Made by a program: the position numbers and the translations under genes. A stretch of 64,000 nucleotides of DNA from Acidobacteriota bacterium (GTDB taxonomy: Bacteria; Acidobacteriota; UBA890; WLXD01). The stretch is taken from contig CAXWPH010000012.1 of the NCBI GenBank assembly GCA_963666055.2, positions 256,001 through 320,000 on the forward strand, read 5' to 3'. Numbering within the stretch: the stretch's first letter is position 1; each line of letters starts with the position of its first letter. Positions 1 to 10,172 of the stretch are shown piece after piece. The notes beneath the pieces are model-generated. The model did not search any database. It saw nothing but the letters and a program-made list of their open reading frames with translations, and was not told the DNA's origin.

Positions 1-1402
1 TCACCTGGGCTCGATGCCCCTTTCGGTTGCAGCGGCAATCGAGGACACCAGCATGGGCCCCGGCGATGTGGTGATAGTCAACGATCCCTTCCGCGGCGGC
101 ACTCATTTGCCCGACATCACGCTCGTCGAGCCGGTCTTCGTCGAAGGCGCCACCGAGCCGACGTTCTATGTCGCCAACCGCGCGCACCACTCCGACGTCG
201 GCGGCATGACTCCAGGATCCATGCCGCTGGCGACCTCAATCTACCAGGAGGGCATCCGCATTCCGCCGGTGCATCTGGTGCGTGGTGGCGAGCTGGTGGG
301 CGACGTGATGTCGATGATCCTGTCCAACGTGCGCACCCCGCGCGAGCGCGAGGGTGACCTCACCGCACAGATCGCTTCGAATCGCACCGGGCTGCGCCGA
401 CTGCTCTCGATCGTAGAAAAGTACGGTCTCGACGTCGTGCAGGCCTACATGGGTCACCTGATGACCTATGCGGAGCGCATGACGCGCGAAGCAATCCGTC
501 AGATACCGGACGGCACCTACCGGTTCGAGGACTGCATGGACGACGACGGCCAGGGCAACGGCCCGCTCGCCATCGTGGTGACCATCACCATTGCCGCCGA
601 TAAGGCCCGCATCGACTTCGCCGGCACGGCACCGCAGGCGCAAGGCAACATCAACGCCAACTACGCCATCGCGTTGGCGGCCGTGTTCTATTGCTTCCGG
701 GTCATCGTTCCGTTCCCGATTCCATCGAACCACGGAACGCTGTTGCCGCTGGAGGTGGTGGCTCCAGACGGCTGCCTGGTCAACGCCCAGGCACCATCCG
801 CCATGGCCGCGGGCAACGTCGAGACCTCGCAGCGCATCGTCGACACGGTGCTCGGCGCGCTCGCCCAGGCAATCCCGGAGATCATTCCGGCCGCCAGCAG
901 CGGCACCATGAACAACACCACGCTCGGTGGGATCGATCTGTCCGGGGCGCAATTCGCCTACTACGAGACCGTCGCCGGGGGGATGGGCGCACGACCGTAC
1001 GCGGATGGCCTCGACGCCACCCACACGCATATGACCAACAGCCTGAACACGCCTATAGAAGCGCTGGAGCACGCCTACCCCTACCGCGTTACGCGCTACG
1101 AGATCCGCCGCGGCTCTGGCGGATCCGGCACCTGGCGCGGCGGCGATGGGATTCGCCGCGACATTCAGTTGCTCGTTCCGGCGCAGCTGACCATTCTCAG
1201 CGATCGGCGCGTCAAAGGGCCCTATGGCCTGCAGGGAGGCGGCTCGGGGCGCCCGGGGCGCAACGTCCTCGTCAGTGGAGACGACGAACACGAGCTTCCG
1301 GGCAAGGTGACCAAATTGCTCCAGGCTGGAGACATCATCAGCGTGCGCACCCCTGGCGGGGGTGGCTTCGGGGCGACTGGAGACGGCGACGCCGGGAGCT
1401 GA
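1..1402 (+). CDS. Hydantoinase B / 5-oxoprolinase subunit (5' end outside window)
   Basis: Frame is open to the window edge (HLGSMP). Motifs NDPFRGGTHLPDIT, HHSDVGG, AGNVETSQR, NTPIEALE, TPGGGGFG. Confidence 0.92.
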   Translation, partial: HLGSMPLSVAAAIEDTSMGPGDVVIVNDPFRGGTHLPDITLVEPVFVEGATEPTFYVANRAHHSDVGGMTPGSMPLATSIYQEGIRIPPVHLVRGGELVGDVMSMILSNVRTPREREGDLTAQIASNRTGLRRLLSIVEKYGLDVVQAYMGHLMTYAERMTREAIRQIPDGTYRFEDCMDDDGQGNGPLAIVVTITIAADKARIDFAGTAPQAQGNINANYAIALAAVFYCFRVIVPFPIPSNHGTLLPLEVVAPDGCLVNAQAPSAMAAGNVETSQRIVDTVLGALAQAIPEIIPAASSGTMNNTTLGGIDLSGAQFAYYETVAGGMGARPYADGLDATHTHMTNSLNTPIEALEHAYPYRVTRYEIRRGSGGSGTWRGGDGIRRDIQLLVPAQLTILSDRRVKGPYGLQGGGSGRPGRNVLVSGDDEHELPGKVTKLLQAGDIISVRTPGGGGFGATGDGDAGS

Positions 1403-1460
1403 CAGCAGCAACTCGCGAAAGCAGCGATTTACGAGAAGACGACCAACCTAGGAGCTGACG

Positions 1461-4400
1461 ATGATCCGACCCCGCATCACGAATGGCCTCTGGAGACTCC
1501 TCCTGGTCGCGTTCGTCGCGACCCTTGGCGCCGTTGGCATCCCGGCACCAGCCGGCGGCCAAGCAGGCGGGGAAGCTTCGGCAGGCCTCGAGAGCCTGTT
1601 CGATACCGGGTTGATCTTCCAGGATCGAAACGGCGATGAGGTCGTCGACTTCGTCAATACCGGTATCGTTCTAGGCTTGGAACGCTCGGATTCCGACCTG
1701 GCCGCGGCGATCGATATCGCGGCGCGGCTCGGATTCGAGACCATGGCCATGGACATTCCGATACCCCGGAATGTGCCAGAGGGCAGCCTCGGCATCGTCG
1801 TCGGGCGCGGCGGCGCACAACGCCTCGGGCTCAGCGTACCGGCCCTCGACGAGCTAGAGCCCGGCGCCGGCCTGGTCATGCGGACCCGCTCACAAGGACA
1901 GGACTGGCTGGTGATCGCCGGAGCCGACGACGCCGGCACCCGCGCCGCCGCCGCAGCTTTTGCCGGTCGCCTGCCACACGTTGGTGCGGCCAAGGGCGCC
2001 ACGCTCGCCGACCTGACAACGGACATCGAGGCATACCTGGGCGACGAAGGGATCGTGGTGCAAGCGGTCACTGTGTCGACAATCCACGCCGAGGACAGCA
2101 ACGACGGCATCTTCTCCTCGGTAGACGTGGTCGTGCGTCTGTCCGCGTCCGACGCCGAAGGGGCGCGGACCGCCCTGATGGAGGTGCCAGCACGACGCCA
2201 AGCCAGCACCATGGAAGACGAGGATGAGGACAACGACGACGACCCATCCGAGCTGCTGTCGTACGCTGGTGTTGAGCGCCTGCACGTTGCGTTGACCGCG
2301 GCAGGCAGAGCCGCGGTCGATGTGGAGATCCTACGCGTAGAGCCGGAGGCTCCGTCACGCCCGACCCCAGCGCGTCCGGGGTCCGGCGGCAAGGACGACC
2401 TCGATCTATCGACGCTGTTCGACGCCGAGGGCTTGCTCGGAGACAGCGACAGCAACGTGATTCCCGACCGCATCGATGCGGTGCTGAGCGCCTCCGGTCC
2501 GGGTGTGGATGGAACGATCGATCTGGCTGCACGCCTCGGTCTGGAGTCGGCGGGAATCACCTTGCCTCTCGGTCGCACCCCGGATCAGATCGACAAAGCC
2601 GGGAGCGAGCCGACGCTGGTGATCATCGGGCTCGATCATCCGCTGATCGCCGACCTCGTCGACGACGGCAAGCTGGCGCCGGGGCGCGTCGAGTCGCTCG
2701 CGGCCGGTGAGGGGCTCATCGAGGTGGTGCCCAACGCCTTCGGCGACAAGCGCGCGGTGGTCGTTACCGGCGGCGACGCCGCCGGTGTGGCGCGGGCGCT
2801 ACAACAGCTGTCGGAGCACTTCCCCAACCTGTCGGAGCGCGGCCAGGATCGGTCGACGGTCGACGCGGTTGAGCTGGCGGTGTGGCAATTCCTGTCGCAA
2901 CGCAGCCCGGGAGGTCAGGCGGCCGCCGCACTCTACAAGATCGACCGCATGGTCGAGGAGCTACAGGGGAAGCAGATCGACTCCGCCGAGGTCACGGTCT
3001 CGCTCGAGAAGATCGAGCCAGGGCTGGAAGCAATCGTACGTCAACGGCTCGCACCTCTGAACGTCGCCAACCTCTCGGTGCACCTGGACGATCGCGACGT
3101 CCAGAAGGCCGCCGTGCTCAGCGAGGAGCAGATCGACATCCCGTCCGAGGTCGAAGCCTTCTGGAACCGATTCCGTTCGCAGGTTGTCCCGGGCGTGCGC
3201 CGCGGCCAGCCGGTGCGAATAGAAGCGCGGCTCAGCGAGCCGCGCGAGGTGCGCCAACGGATTGCCCAACAAGCCCGCGATCTGCTGATCGAAGCAGGAG
3301 CCGACGCGAACGCCACGGAAGTAACCGTGCTCTCGGCCTTCAAGCAGGGCTTCTCGTGGCTACGTGAGGTGATCGTACCGGAGCTCCAGCGGCTGCAGTC
3401 GGGCGGCGCCGATCAGGCCATCGGCGGCATCCGCGTGAACTTCGCCGAGACCGGTCCGCCGGAGGACTGGCCGCAGCAGGCAATGTACAACAAGGTCCGT
3501 TGGCTCAAGGAGATCTGGCCGGTCGACGAGGTCATGGCGGCCGACCTGTCGCTGGATCCGGAGCTCATCGACTTCCACATGGCACCCATCGACGCCCCTA
3601 CCTACGAGGTCGTGGTGACCTCATCGAGTGGCACCGAGCTGTTGCGACGGACGTTCGAGCCGAAGTACGTGCTGCAGCCGTACTATGAGCGCTTCGACAA
3701 CTACGAGATGGTCCGAGTCACGACCGGCTGGATCACCGCCAGCAGCGGCGGCACCACGTTGATCGACGAGCGCATCGTCACCGACATCGAGAGCTTCTGG
3801 GACCACTACCAATCGAAAACGCTGCGCGGACTCTACGACCATGTCATGCAGATACACGACGGCAACCCGCGGAGCGCCGACGCGCCGTACTTCGGTGAGC
3901 TCACCGTCGAGGTAAGCCTGAGCGAGCCCGACTATCTGCTCGGGATCGACAAGGAGTACATTTCGTCGCTCGACTCTCTGCACGAGGAGATCTACTTCCC
4001 CACCCTCTTCTTCTTCCGCATCCTGGGGCGCATGGCGCGGGGTGAGGAGCTCAGCCACATCGGGCGCGTCATCCCGATCATGCGGCCCAACAGCAGTGGC
4101 GAGGGCGGCTGGGCGAAGATCCGCCTAACCGGATTCGCCACCAGCCGACCTGCGGTGGTGATCGACTATGCCGAGGCTGACGGCACCACTGCACAGCTGC
4201 GTCGCGATATCCCTGTGGTTGCGGTGGAACGACCTAGCGCCCTCGCCGCGACCGTGCGCGCCGGGCAGCAGGGCCTCGACAGCCTGGATCTGCGGGTCAA
4301 GGTGGACTTCGAGGACGACCAACGCGCCGATCTGTTGCAACAGGCCGACGAGTTCCAGGTCGACCGCAGGGTCATGAGCGCTGCCCAGGCGACATCGATG

Positions 4401-5756
4401 ATCGACAACCTCGAGGAGCTGCGCGCCAACGACCTCTATGACAGCGAGCTCGCGTTCCATGGCCTGGGCACGATTCGCCTCGCCGCCGGGTGGGAATGGG
4501 AGATCGATCGCGACACGCAGGCGGTCGCCACGCTCGACGCCAACGGCGCGGCGGCTGCCTATCCGACCATCGCGGCACTGCTTCCGGAGGGTGGCTACAG
4601 CTACGCTGGCGAGGAGATGGTGCAGTGGGATACACCCATCCCGCCGCCCGAGGGGCACGCCATCCTGGCGCGCATGTCGACGTTTCCCGAAGCGACGATG
4701 TACTACACAGGCCGCAGCTACCTCGGCAAGGACATCTGGGCGATGCTCTTGATGCCCCCCATCGAGGCCAGCCACTGGTCTCGCTACAAGCTCACGACGC
4801 ACAAGCCGACGGTGATCTACTCGGCCCGCCAGCATGCGAATGAGGTCTCGTCGACCAGCCACGTGCTGAAGCTCGCCGAGCTGCTGTTGACCGACGAGGA
4901 GTTCAAGAAGAAGCTCCTCGATGTGAACGTGATCATTCATCCGTTCACCAACCCGGATGGGGCCCAGCTGGCCTACGACCTCTACGAGATCACCCCCGAT
5001 TTCATTCTCCACGCCGGCTACCTCGGCGCGCTCGGCCAGGATGCGACGAACGGGGCTCGCGAGGACATGCCCATATATCCGGAGTCGAAGATTCGACCGA
5101 CACTATGGAGAACCTGGCTCCCGGATATCTTCCTCAATCCGCACGGGTACCCGTCGCACGAGGTGGTGCAGCTGTTCTCGGAGTATGCCGGGTTGGTACG
5201 TCGGGGCCGCATCACCGAGCGTAACTGGAGCGTCAATCGAGGCTGGTTCATTCCCGGCTTCGGCTACCTGGACGATCCCAAATTCCCGCGCCACAAGGAC
5301 GCTGCCTTCCGTATTCGCGACTACGTCACCCGCTACATCAACGCCGCCGAGGATGTGCGGGCGATGAACGAGCGCGCCTACGACCGCTACAACCGTTACG
5401 GAAGTGACTACGAGCCCATCATCTATCGACAGGACATGACCGATGGGGTCAACGTGCAGATGCCGCTCAAAGGCGGCCGATCTGGCGAAGGCGGCGCCTT
5501 CGGAGGTGGCTTCAACCCCAAGGTGACGATCTGGAACGGCGGCACCGAGGCGCCCGACGAGACCGCCTATGGCGACTGGATGAAGATCGTCGCCACCGCC
5601 GGTCTACAGTGGGACAAGGCGATCCTCGACTACCTGTACGAGGGCGAGCACAGCGTCGACCGCAATGGCACTAGCCACTGGGGCGGTGGCGTACGGCTCT
5701 GGCTCGATCGCCCGCGCCCGCCGAAGCCCGAGGGAGAGGACGAAGAGGAGGAGTGA
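1461..5756 (+). CDS. Large secreted protein with C-terminal M14 zinc carboxypeptidase domain
   Basis: Signal peptide; zinc motif ARQHANE (HxxE), NPDG and LNPHG in the C-terminal ~380 aa. Confidence 0.85.
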   Translation: MIRPRITNGLWRLLLVAFVATLGAVGIPAPAGGQAGGEASAGLESLFDTGLIFQDRNGDEVVDFVNTGIVLGLERSDSDLAAAIDIAARLGFETMAMDIPIPRNVPEGSLGIVVGRGGAQRLGLSVPALDELEPGAGLVMRTRSQGQDWLVIAGADDAGTRAAAAAFAGRLPHVGAAKGATLADLTTDIEAYLGDEGIVVQAVTVSTIHAEDSNDGIFSSVDVVVRLSASDAEGARTALMEVPARRQASTMEDEDEDNDDDPSELLSYAGVERLHVALTAAGRAAVDVEILRVEPEAPSRPTPARPGSGGKDDLDLSTLFDAEGLLGDSDSNVIPDRIDAVLSASGPGVDGTIDLAARLGLESAGITLPLGRTPDQIDKAGSEPTLVIIGLDHPLIADLVDDGKLAPGRVESLAAGEGLIEVVPNAFGDKRAVVVTGGDAAGVARALQQLSEHFPNLSERGQDRSTVDAVELAVWQFLSQRSPGGQAAAALYKIDRMVEELQGKQIDSAEVTVSLEKIEPGLEAIVRQRLAPLNVANLSVHLDDRDVQKAAVLSEEQIDIPSEVEAFWNRFRSQVVPGVRRGQPVRIEARLSEPREVRQRIAQQARDLLIEAGADANATEVTVLSAFKQGFSWLREVIVPELQRLQSGGADQAIGGIRVNFAETGPPEDWPQQAMYNKVRWLKEIWPVDEVMAADLSLDPELIDFHMAPIDAPTYEVVVTSSSGTELLRRTFEPKYVLQPYYERFDNYEMVRVTTGWITASSGGTTLIDERIVTDIESFWDHYQSKTLRGLYDHVMQIHDGNPRSADAPYFGELTVEVSLSEPDYLLGIDKEYISSLDSLHEEIYFPTLFFFRILGRMARGEELSHIGRVIPIMRPNSSGEGGWAKIRLTGFATSRPAVVIDYAEADGTTAQLRRDIPVVAVERPSALAATVRAGQQGLDSLDLRVKVDFEDDQRADLLQQADEFQVDRRVMSAAQATSMIDNLEELRANDLYDSELAFHGLGTIRLAAGWEWEIDRDTQAVATLDANGAAAAYPTIAALLPEGGYSYAGEEMVQWDTPIPPPEGHAILARMSTFPEATMYYTGRSYLGKDIWAMLLMPPIEASHWSRYKLTTHKPTVIYSARQHANEVSSTSHVLKLAELLLTDEEFKKKLLDVNVIIHPFTNPDGAQLAYDLYEITPDFILHAGYLGALGQDATNGAREDMPIYPESKIRPTLWRTWLPDIFLNPHGYPSHEVVQLFSEYAGLVRRGRITERNWSVNRGWFIPGFGYLDDPKFPRHKDAAFRIRDYVTRYINAAEDVRAMNERAYDRYNRYGSDYEPIIYRQDMTDGVNVQMPLKGGRSGEGGAFGGGFNPKVTIWNGGTEAPDETAYGDWMKIVATAGLQWDKAILDYLYEGEHSVDRNGTSHWGGGVRLWLDRPRPPKPEGEDEEEE

Positions 5757-5804
5757 ACCCGAAGGAGTAGCCAGGCACGCCCCCGATCGTCGGCTAGTGG
5801 GCCC

Positions 5805-7130
5805 CTAACAGGCCGACGGCAGCGTCTCGAGGGCTCCCAGCACCTGCGCGGTGATCTCGACTACCTGATCCAACTCGCTGTCGGAGATGACGAACGGCGG
5901 GCCGAACAGGATCACGTCGCCGTCGGTGCCGTTGACCATGCCGGTTCCCGGATAGACCAGTAGGCCCTCCGCCTTGCACGCCGAGAGCACGCGCTCGGTA
6001 ACCTGAGAAGATCGTGGAAAGGGCTCGCGGGTGTCGCGATCAGCGACCAGCTCAACCCCTACGAGCAGGCCACGGCCGCGCACTTCACCCACGTACGGGT
6101 TGTTCGACAATTGCTCCACGAGCAGGGATTTGAGGCGTTCTCCCTTGTCGCGCGACTGCGCCACCAGGTCGCCAACCAGCAGACGCTCGATCACCGCCAC
6201 GCCGACCGCGGCGCCGACGGCATGGTGTGAGTAGGTGAAGCCGTGCACAAAACCACCTTCATACAGTGCGGCCGCCACGCGCCCGCTGGCGACCGTCAGC
6301 CCGAGTGGCCAGTAGCCCGACGAGCACCCCTTGCCGCTGGCGATGAGATCAGGCTGCACATCCCAGTGGTCGACACCGAACCACGTCCCCGTTCTACCGA
6401 AGCCGGTCATTACCTCGTCGGCAATGAGCAGGACGCCGTGGCGCCGGCAGACCTCGGCAGTCGCCAGCCAGTAGTCATCCGGCGGCACGCTGGCACCGAG
6501 CGTCGCCCCACCGATCGGTTCGGCGATGAAGGCCGCAACCGTATCGGCGCCCTCCTCGGTAATGGCCCGGTCGAGCGCCGCCGCGTGCGCCGCGCCGCAG
6601 GCACGCGGATGCGTCGGCATCGGGCAGCGATACTCGTAAACCGCCGGTACGTGGATGGCGCTGCCGAGCCAAGGTAGGTACGGGGCGCGCAGCGGCGCGC
6701 GACCGCTGACGGCGAGCGCCGCGCGCGTGTTGCCGTGGTACGAGCCCCAGCGACTGATGATCTTGTGCCGACCATCTTGTCCATTGGCCAGGTGGAAGGC
6801 CCGCGCCATCTTGAAGGCTGTTTCTATCGCCTCCGAGCCCCCCGACACGGGGTAGATCGACGGCGACTCCATCGGCAACAACGGGGCCAGCTTCTCCCCC
6901 AGCTCCTCGAGAGCGGCGGTGGTGAACTCGGTGCCGTGTACGTACGACACGCGTTCGGCCTGCTCCAGCATGGCGCGCCGGATCTCGGGCACGCCATGGC
7001 CGACGTTCACCACCACGGCGCCGCCGGCGGCGTCGAGATAGCGGTTGCCGTGCTCGTCAGTGATCCAAACACCCTCGGCAGCGACCGCCCTCGGCATGCC
7101 CGCGGGCGCCCGTCGGAAGATGTGGCTCAT
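5805..7130 (-). CDS. Class III PLP aminotransferase, YodT-like
   Basis: YLDAAGGAVVVNVGHG, GSEAIETA, SRWGSYHGNT, LIADEVMTGFGRTG, PLP lysine in SGKG, HGFTY. Confidence 0.92.
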   Translation of the reverse strand: MSHIFRRAPAGMPRAVAAEGVWITDEHGNRYLDAAGGAVVVNVGHGVPEIRRAMLEQAERVSYVHGTEFTTAALEELGEKLAPLLPMESPSIYPVSGGSEAIETAFKMARAFHLANGQDGRHKIISRWGSYHGNTRAALAVSGRAPLRAPYLPWLGSAIHVPAVYEYRCPMPTHPRACGAAHAAALDRAITEEGADTVAAFIAEPIGGATLGASVPPDDYWLATAEVCRRHGVLLIADEVMTGFGRTGTWFGVDHWDVQPDLIASGKGCSSGYWPLGLTVASGRVAAALYEGGFVHGFTYSHHAVGAAVGVAVIERLLVGDLVAQSRDKGERLKSLLVEQLSNNPYVGEVRGRGLLVGVELVADRDTREPFPRSSQVTERVLSACKAEGLLVYPGTGMVNGTDGDVILFGPPFVISDSELDQVVEITAQVLGALETLPSAC

Positions 7131-7909
7131 CGCGTATAGATCCCGTCGGTATCGAGCTCCTCGCGGATCAGCCGTAACTCCTCGGCGGTGGGCGCAGGAG
7201 CTTCGCGCAGATCGTCAGCTACCTTCATCTCCCAGCCGGTCTTCTCGCGCACCTCGTCCAGCGACACGCCAGGGTGCAGCGAGGTGAGCTCCATCTCGCC
7301 GGTCTGCGCGTCGAAGCCATACTCGCCGAGATCGGTGATGACCACCTGCGGCCCGCTCCCGAGCCAGCCACGGGCGCGCTCGACCTCTGGATCGGGATTG
7401 TGTCCCGGCGAGGTCTGGAAGCTCAGCTGCTGCACGAACGAACGCCGTCTCTGCGGCATGATGATGAAGACGCGCCGGGCGTTGATGGCGATCTCACAAG
7501 CGCCTCCCGAGCCGGGCAGACGCACCTTGGGCTCCTCGTAGTCGCCAATGACGGTGCTGTTGAGGTTGCCGTAACGGTCGATTTGGGCCCCCTGCAGGAA
7601 GCCCACATCGATGAGGCCGGCCTGCAGGTAGAAGGCGAAGAGCTCGAACATGCTGGTCGCCGCCGTCGCCCCGGTGACCAGAGTCGGATCCCCGATCGAC
7701 AGCGGCAGCCGCGCCGGCGCGGCGCCGAACACGCCGGCCTCGTACACCATCTGGATATCGGGCGACACCGTACGCTTGGCGAGGTTCACCGCGATGTTCG
7801 GCATACCCACGCCCACAAAGCAAATCCTCTCTCCCTCGAGAGCGTGCGCCGAGCGCACGATCATCATCTCCTTGCGCGAGAAACCGAGCTCCGGCTGCGC
7901 GACGCTCAC
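7127..7909 (-). CDS. CoA-transferase subunit B (glutaconate / 3-oxoadipate CatJ-like)
   Basis: FVGVGMP, catalytic Glu in VYEAG, AQIDRYGNLN, RLPGSGGA; 4-bp overlaps with neighbours. Confidence 0.9.
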   Translation of the reverse strand: MSVAQPELGFSRKEMMIVRSAHALEGERICFVGVGMPNIAVNLAKRTVSPDIQMVYEAGVFGAAPARLPLSIGDPTLVTGATAATSMFELFAFYLQAGLIDVGFLQGAQIDRYGNLNSTVIGDYEEPKVRLPGSGGACEIAINARRVFIIMPQRRRSFVQQLSFQTSPGHNPDPEVERARGWLGSGPQVVITDLGEYGFDAQTGEMELTSLHPGVSLDEVREKTGWEMKVADDLREAPAPTAEELRLIREELDTDGIYTR

Positions 7910-8823
7910 GCGTACTCTCCGTAGTCAACCTCACCGGAAAGTGCGGGGCCTGTCGGGCGTAGGCGATCCCAGTAGGCGGCACCGAACTTCTCCACGTAGT
8001 CGGCATGGCACGACAGGTCGTAGACCCACTCCCGGAGCCAGGCGTCGAGGCTATCGGCGTGGCGCGCAATCGTGTCCCACTTCACGTAGAAATCATTGTC
8101 GCGATCGTAGTGACCTTGAACATAGGAGGGGTGACAGCCGAAAGGCTCGACCACGACCGCGTCTACCTTGATGCCAGGGATCACCGTGCGGTTGGGATCG
8201 CGACGTACCGTTTCCTCGCCAACCAGCTCCTCGACCACGAGGATGACGCGGTCAGCGCCAAATGCTGCCTCCTTCTGGCAACCGAGCAGGCCCCAGATCT
8301 GTGCGTTGCCCTCAGCGTCGGCACGCTGCGCGTGGATGATCGCGACGTCTGCGTTCAGCGGCGGCACGGCAGCGATCCGACCGCTGCCAAAGGGGTCGTC
8401 GAGCCAGCGGATCTGATCGTTCACCGACGGAATGTCGGACTCCTCGTACGAGCGCAGCGGCATGAACGGCAGGCGCGAGGCCCCTGCCATGTAGCGGCAC
8501 ACCATGCCGAAGTGGCTGTACTCCTCGATCTCGAGGGGCGCCGGGTCAGCCCTCTCTACACGACGGCGAATAGCATGCAGCGACCCGACGCCAGGGTTGC
8601 CTAACCACGAGAAAATCAGTTTGCTGGCCACACCGGCGGCGATCATCTGGTCGTAGGTCACATCGGGGGTCATGCGCGCCAGGGTCAGATCGCGCTTGCG
8701 CTGTCGGATGATCTCGTGCCCGGCCGCAAAACAGATGAGGTGGGTGAACCCCTCGATCGCCACCGTGTCGCTATCGCGCACGAGATCGCGCACGGCGTCC
8801 TGCATCGAAACCACCTTGCCCAC
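7906..8823 (-). CDS. CoA-transferase subunit A (glutaconate / 3-oxoadipate CatI-like)
   Basis: EGFTHLICFAAGHEIIRQ, EEYSH, DVAIIHAQRAD, GCHPSY, YDRDNDFY. Confidence 0.9.
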   Translation of the reverse strand: MGKVVSMQDAVRDLVRDSDTVAIEGFTHLICFAAGHEIIRQRKRDLTLARMTPDVTYDQMIAAGVASKLIFSWLGNPGVGSLHAIRRRVERADPAPLEIEEYSHFGMVCRYMAGASRLPFMPLRSYEESDIPSVNDQIRWLDDPFGSGRIAAVPPLNADVAIIHAQRADAEGNAQIWGLLGCQKEAAFGADRVILVVEELVGEETVRRDPNRTVIPGIKVDAVVVEPFGCHPSYVQGHYDRDNDFYVKWDTIARHADSLDAWLREWVYDLSCHADYVEKFGAAYWDRLRPTGPALSGEVDYGEYA

Positions 8824-8831
8824 TGTCGCCC

Positions 8832-10172
8832 CTACCCGCCGACCGCGCCGAGGACCTCTTCGAACACCTCGAGACCCCGGTCGGCCTGCTGTCGCGTGAA
8901 GACCAGCGGTGGCGTGATGCGGATCACGTTGTCGCCGCAGCCCAGCATCAGCAAGCCGCGCTTGAAGGCCTCTTGTTCGATCCGGCCCATCACGTCATGG
9001 CTCGGGAACTCGACGCCGATCATCAGGCCCAGCCCGCGCAGATCGCGAATCACGTCGTGCTTCGACTGCAGCTGGCGCAGCCCGTCCATCAGATAGGCCC
9101 CGACCTCGGCGGCGTTCTGCTTGAGGCCGTTCTCGATCAGATCGATGCTGGCAAGCGCCGCCGCGCACGGCGTCGGCGATCCCCCGTAGGTGGAGCCGTG
9201 CGCACCGAACTCCCAGGACATCAGATCCTCGCGCGCGATCATCGCGCCCAGCGGCATGCCGCTGGCGATGCCCTTGCCCGACAGGACGATGTCGGGTTCG
9301 ACGCCGAAGTGCTGGATGGCCCAGGTCTTACCGGTACGGCCCATGCCCGACTGCACCTCGTCGGCCACCAGCAGGATGCCGTGCTGGTCGCACAGCCGCC
9401 GCAGCTCGGTGAGGAATTCCTGCGGCGGGAAGATGTAGCCGCCTTCGCCCTGCACCGGCTCGACGAAGATCGCCGCCACCTCGTCGGCTGCCAGGACGTG
9501 CTTGAAAAGCACCTTCTCGATGTAATCGATACTCGCGAGTCCATCATCGCCGGCGGCCAGGTCCAATCCCCAACCGTAGCCGTCGCCGTACGGGGCGTGG
9601 TAGACGCCGGGAAGCAGCGGTCCGAAGCGGCGGTGATACTTCGCTTTCGAGGCCGTCAACGACACGCTGCCGTACGAGCGACCGTGGAAGGCACCGTAGA
9701 ACGCAATCACGTTGTGCCTGCCGGTGGCGTAGCGTGCCAGCTTCAGGGCCGCCTCCACGGCCTCGGTACCCGAGTTGGTGAGGAAGGTGCGCGCCCGGCC
9801 CGAAAACGGCGAGATCTCGTCGAGCCGCTCGCAAACTTCAGCGTAGATTGGCAGGTAGAAGTCCGACGCCGAGTAGTGCAGCAACTCGGCAGCCTGCTTC
9901 TGGATCGCCTCGACCACTGCCGGGTGCGAATGGCCCGTGGCATTGACCGCGATGCCGGCGTTTAGGTCGAGAAACAGGTTGCCGTCGACGTCCTCGACCA
10001 CCGAGCCGCTCCCCCGTCGGGGGGCAAACGGATACGCTCGGGGCAGCGACGGCGACGTCACCCGCTGGTCACGCTCGATGATCGCCTGCGCCTTGGGGCC
10101 GGGCGGCGAGACGACGATCTGCGGAGCCGCTACTCCGGCGAGATCTGCGATGGAAAGCTCAGTGCTGCTCAT
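8832..10172 (-). CDS. Class III omega-aminotransferase (GABA / ornithine / lysine type)
   Basis: Start moved to ATG 10172 (ATGA overlap with the ALDH stop). PPGPKA, NSGTEAVE, AFHGRSYG, EPVQGEGGY, DEVQSGMGRTG, SGKGIASG. Confidence 0.92.
   Translation of the reverse strand: MSSTELSIADLAGVAAPQIVVSPPGPKAQAIIERDQRVTSPSLPRAYPFAPRRGSGSVVEDVDGNLFLDLNAGIAVNATGHSHPAVVEAIQKQAAELLHYSASDFYLPIYAEVCERLDEISPFSGRARTFLTNSGTEAVEAALKLARYATGRHNVIAFYGAFHGRSYGSVSLTASKAKYHRRFGPLLPGVYHAPYGDGYGWGLDLAAGDDGLASIDYIEKVLFKHVLAADEVAAIFVEPVQGEGGYIFPPQEFLTELRRLCDQHGILLVADEVQSGMGRTGKTWAIQHFGVEPDIVLSGKGIASGMPLGAMIAREDLMSWEFGAHGSTYGGSPTPCAAALASIDLIENGLKQNAAEVGAYLMDGLRQLQSKHDVIRDLRGLGLMIGVEFPSHDVMGRIEQEAFKRGLLMLGCGDNVIRITPPLVFTRQQADRGLEVFEEVLGAVGG

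Noticed and set aside
236-1411. Long antisense ORFs here and elsewhere (e.g. 1448-2578, 17970-19415, 24443-25474)
   Set aside because: These are shadow frames typical of high-GC coding DNA and have no recognisable motifs.
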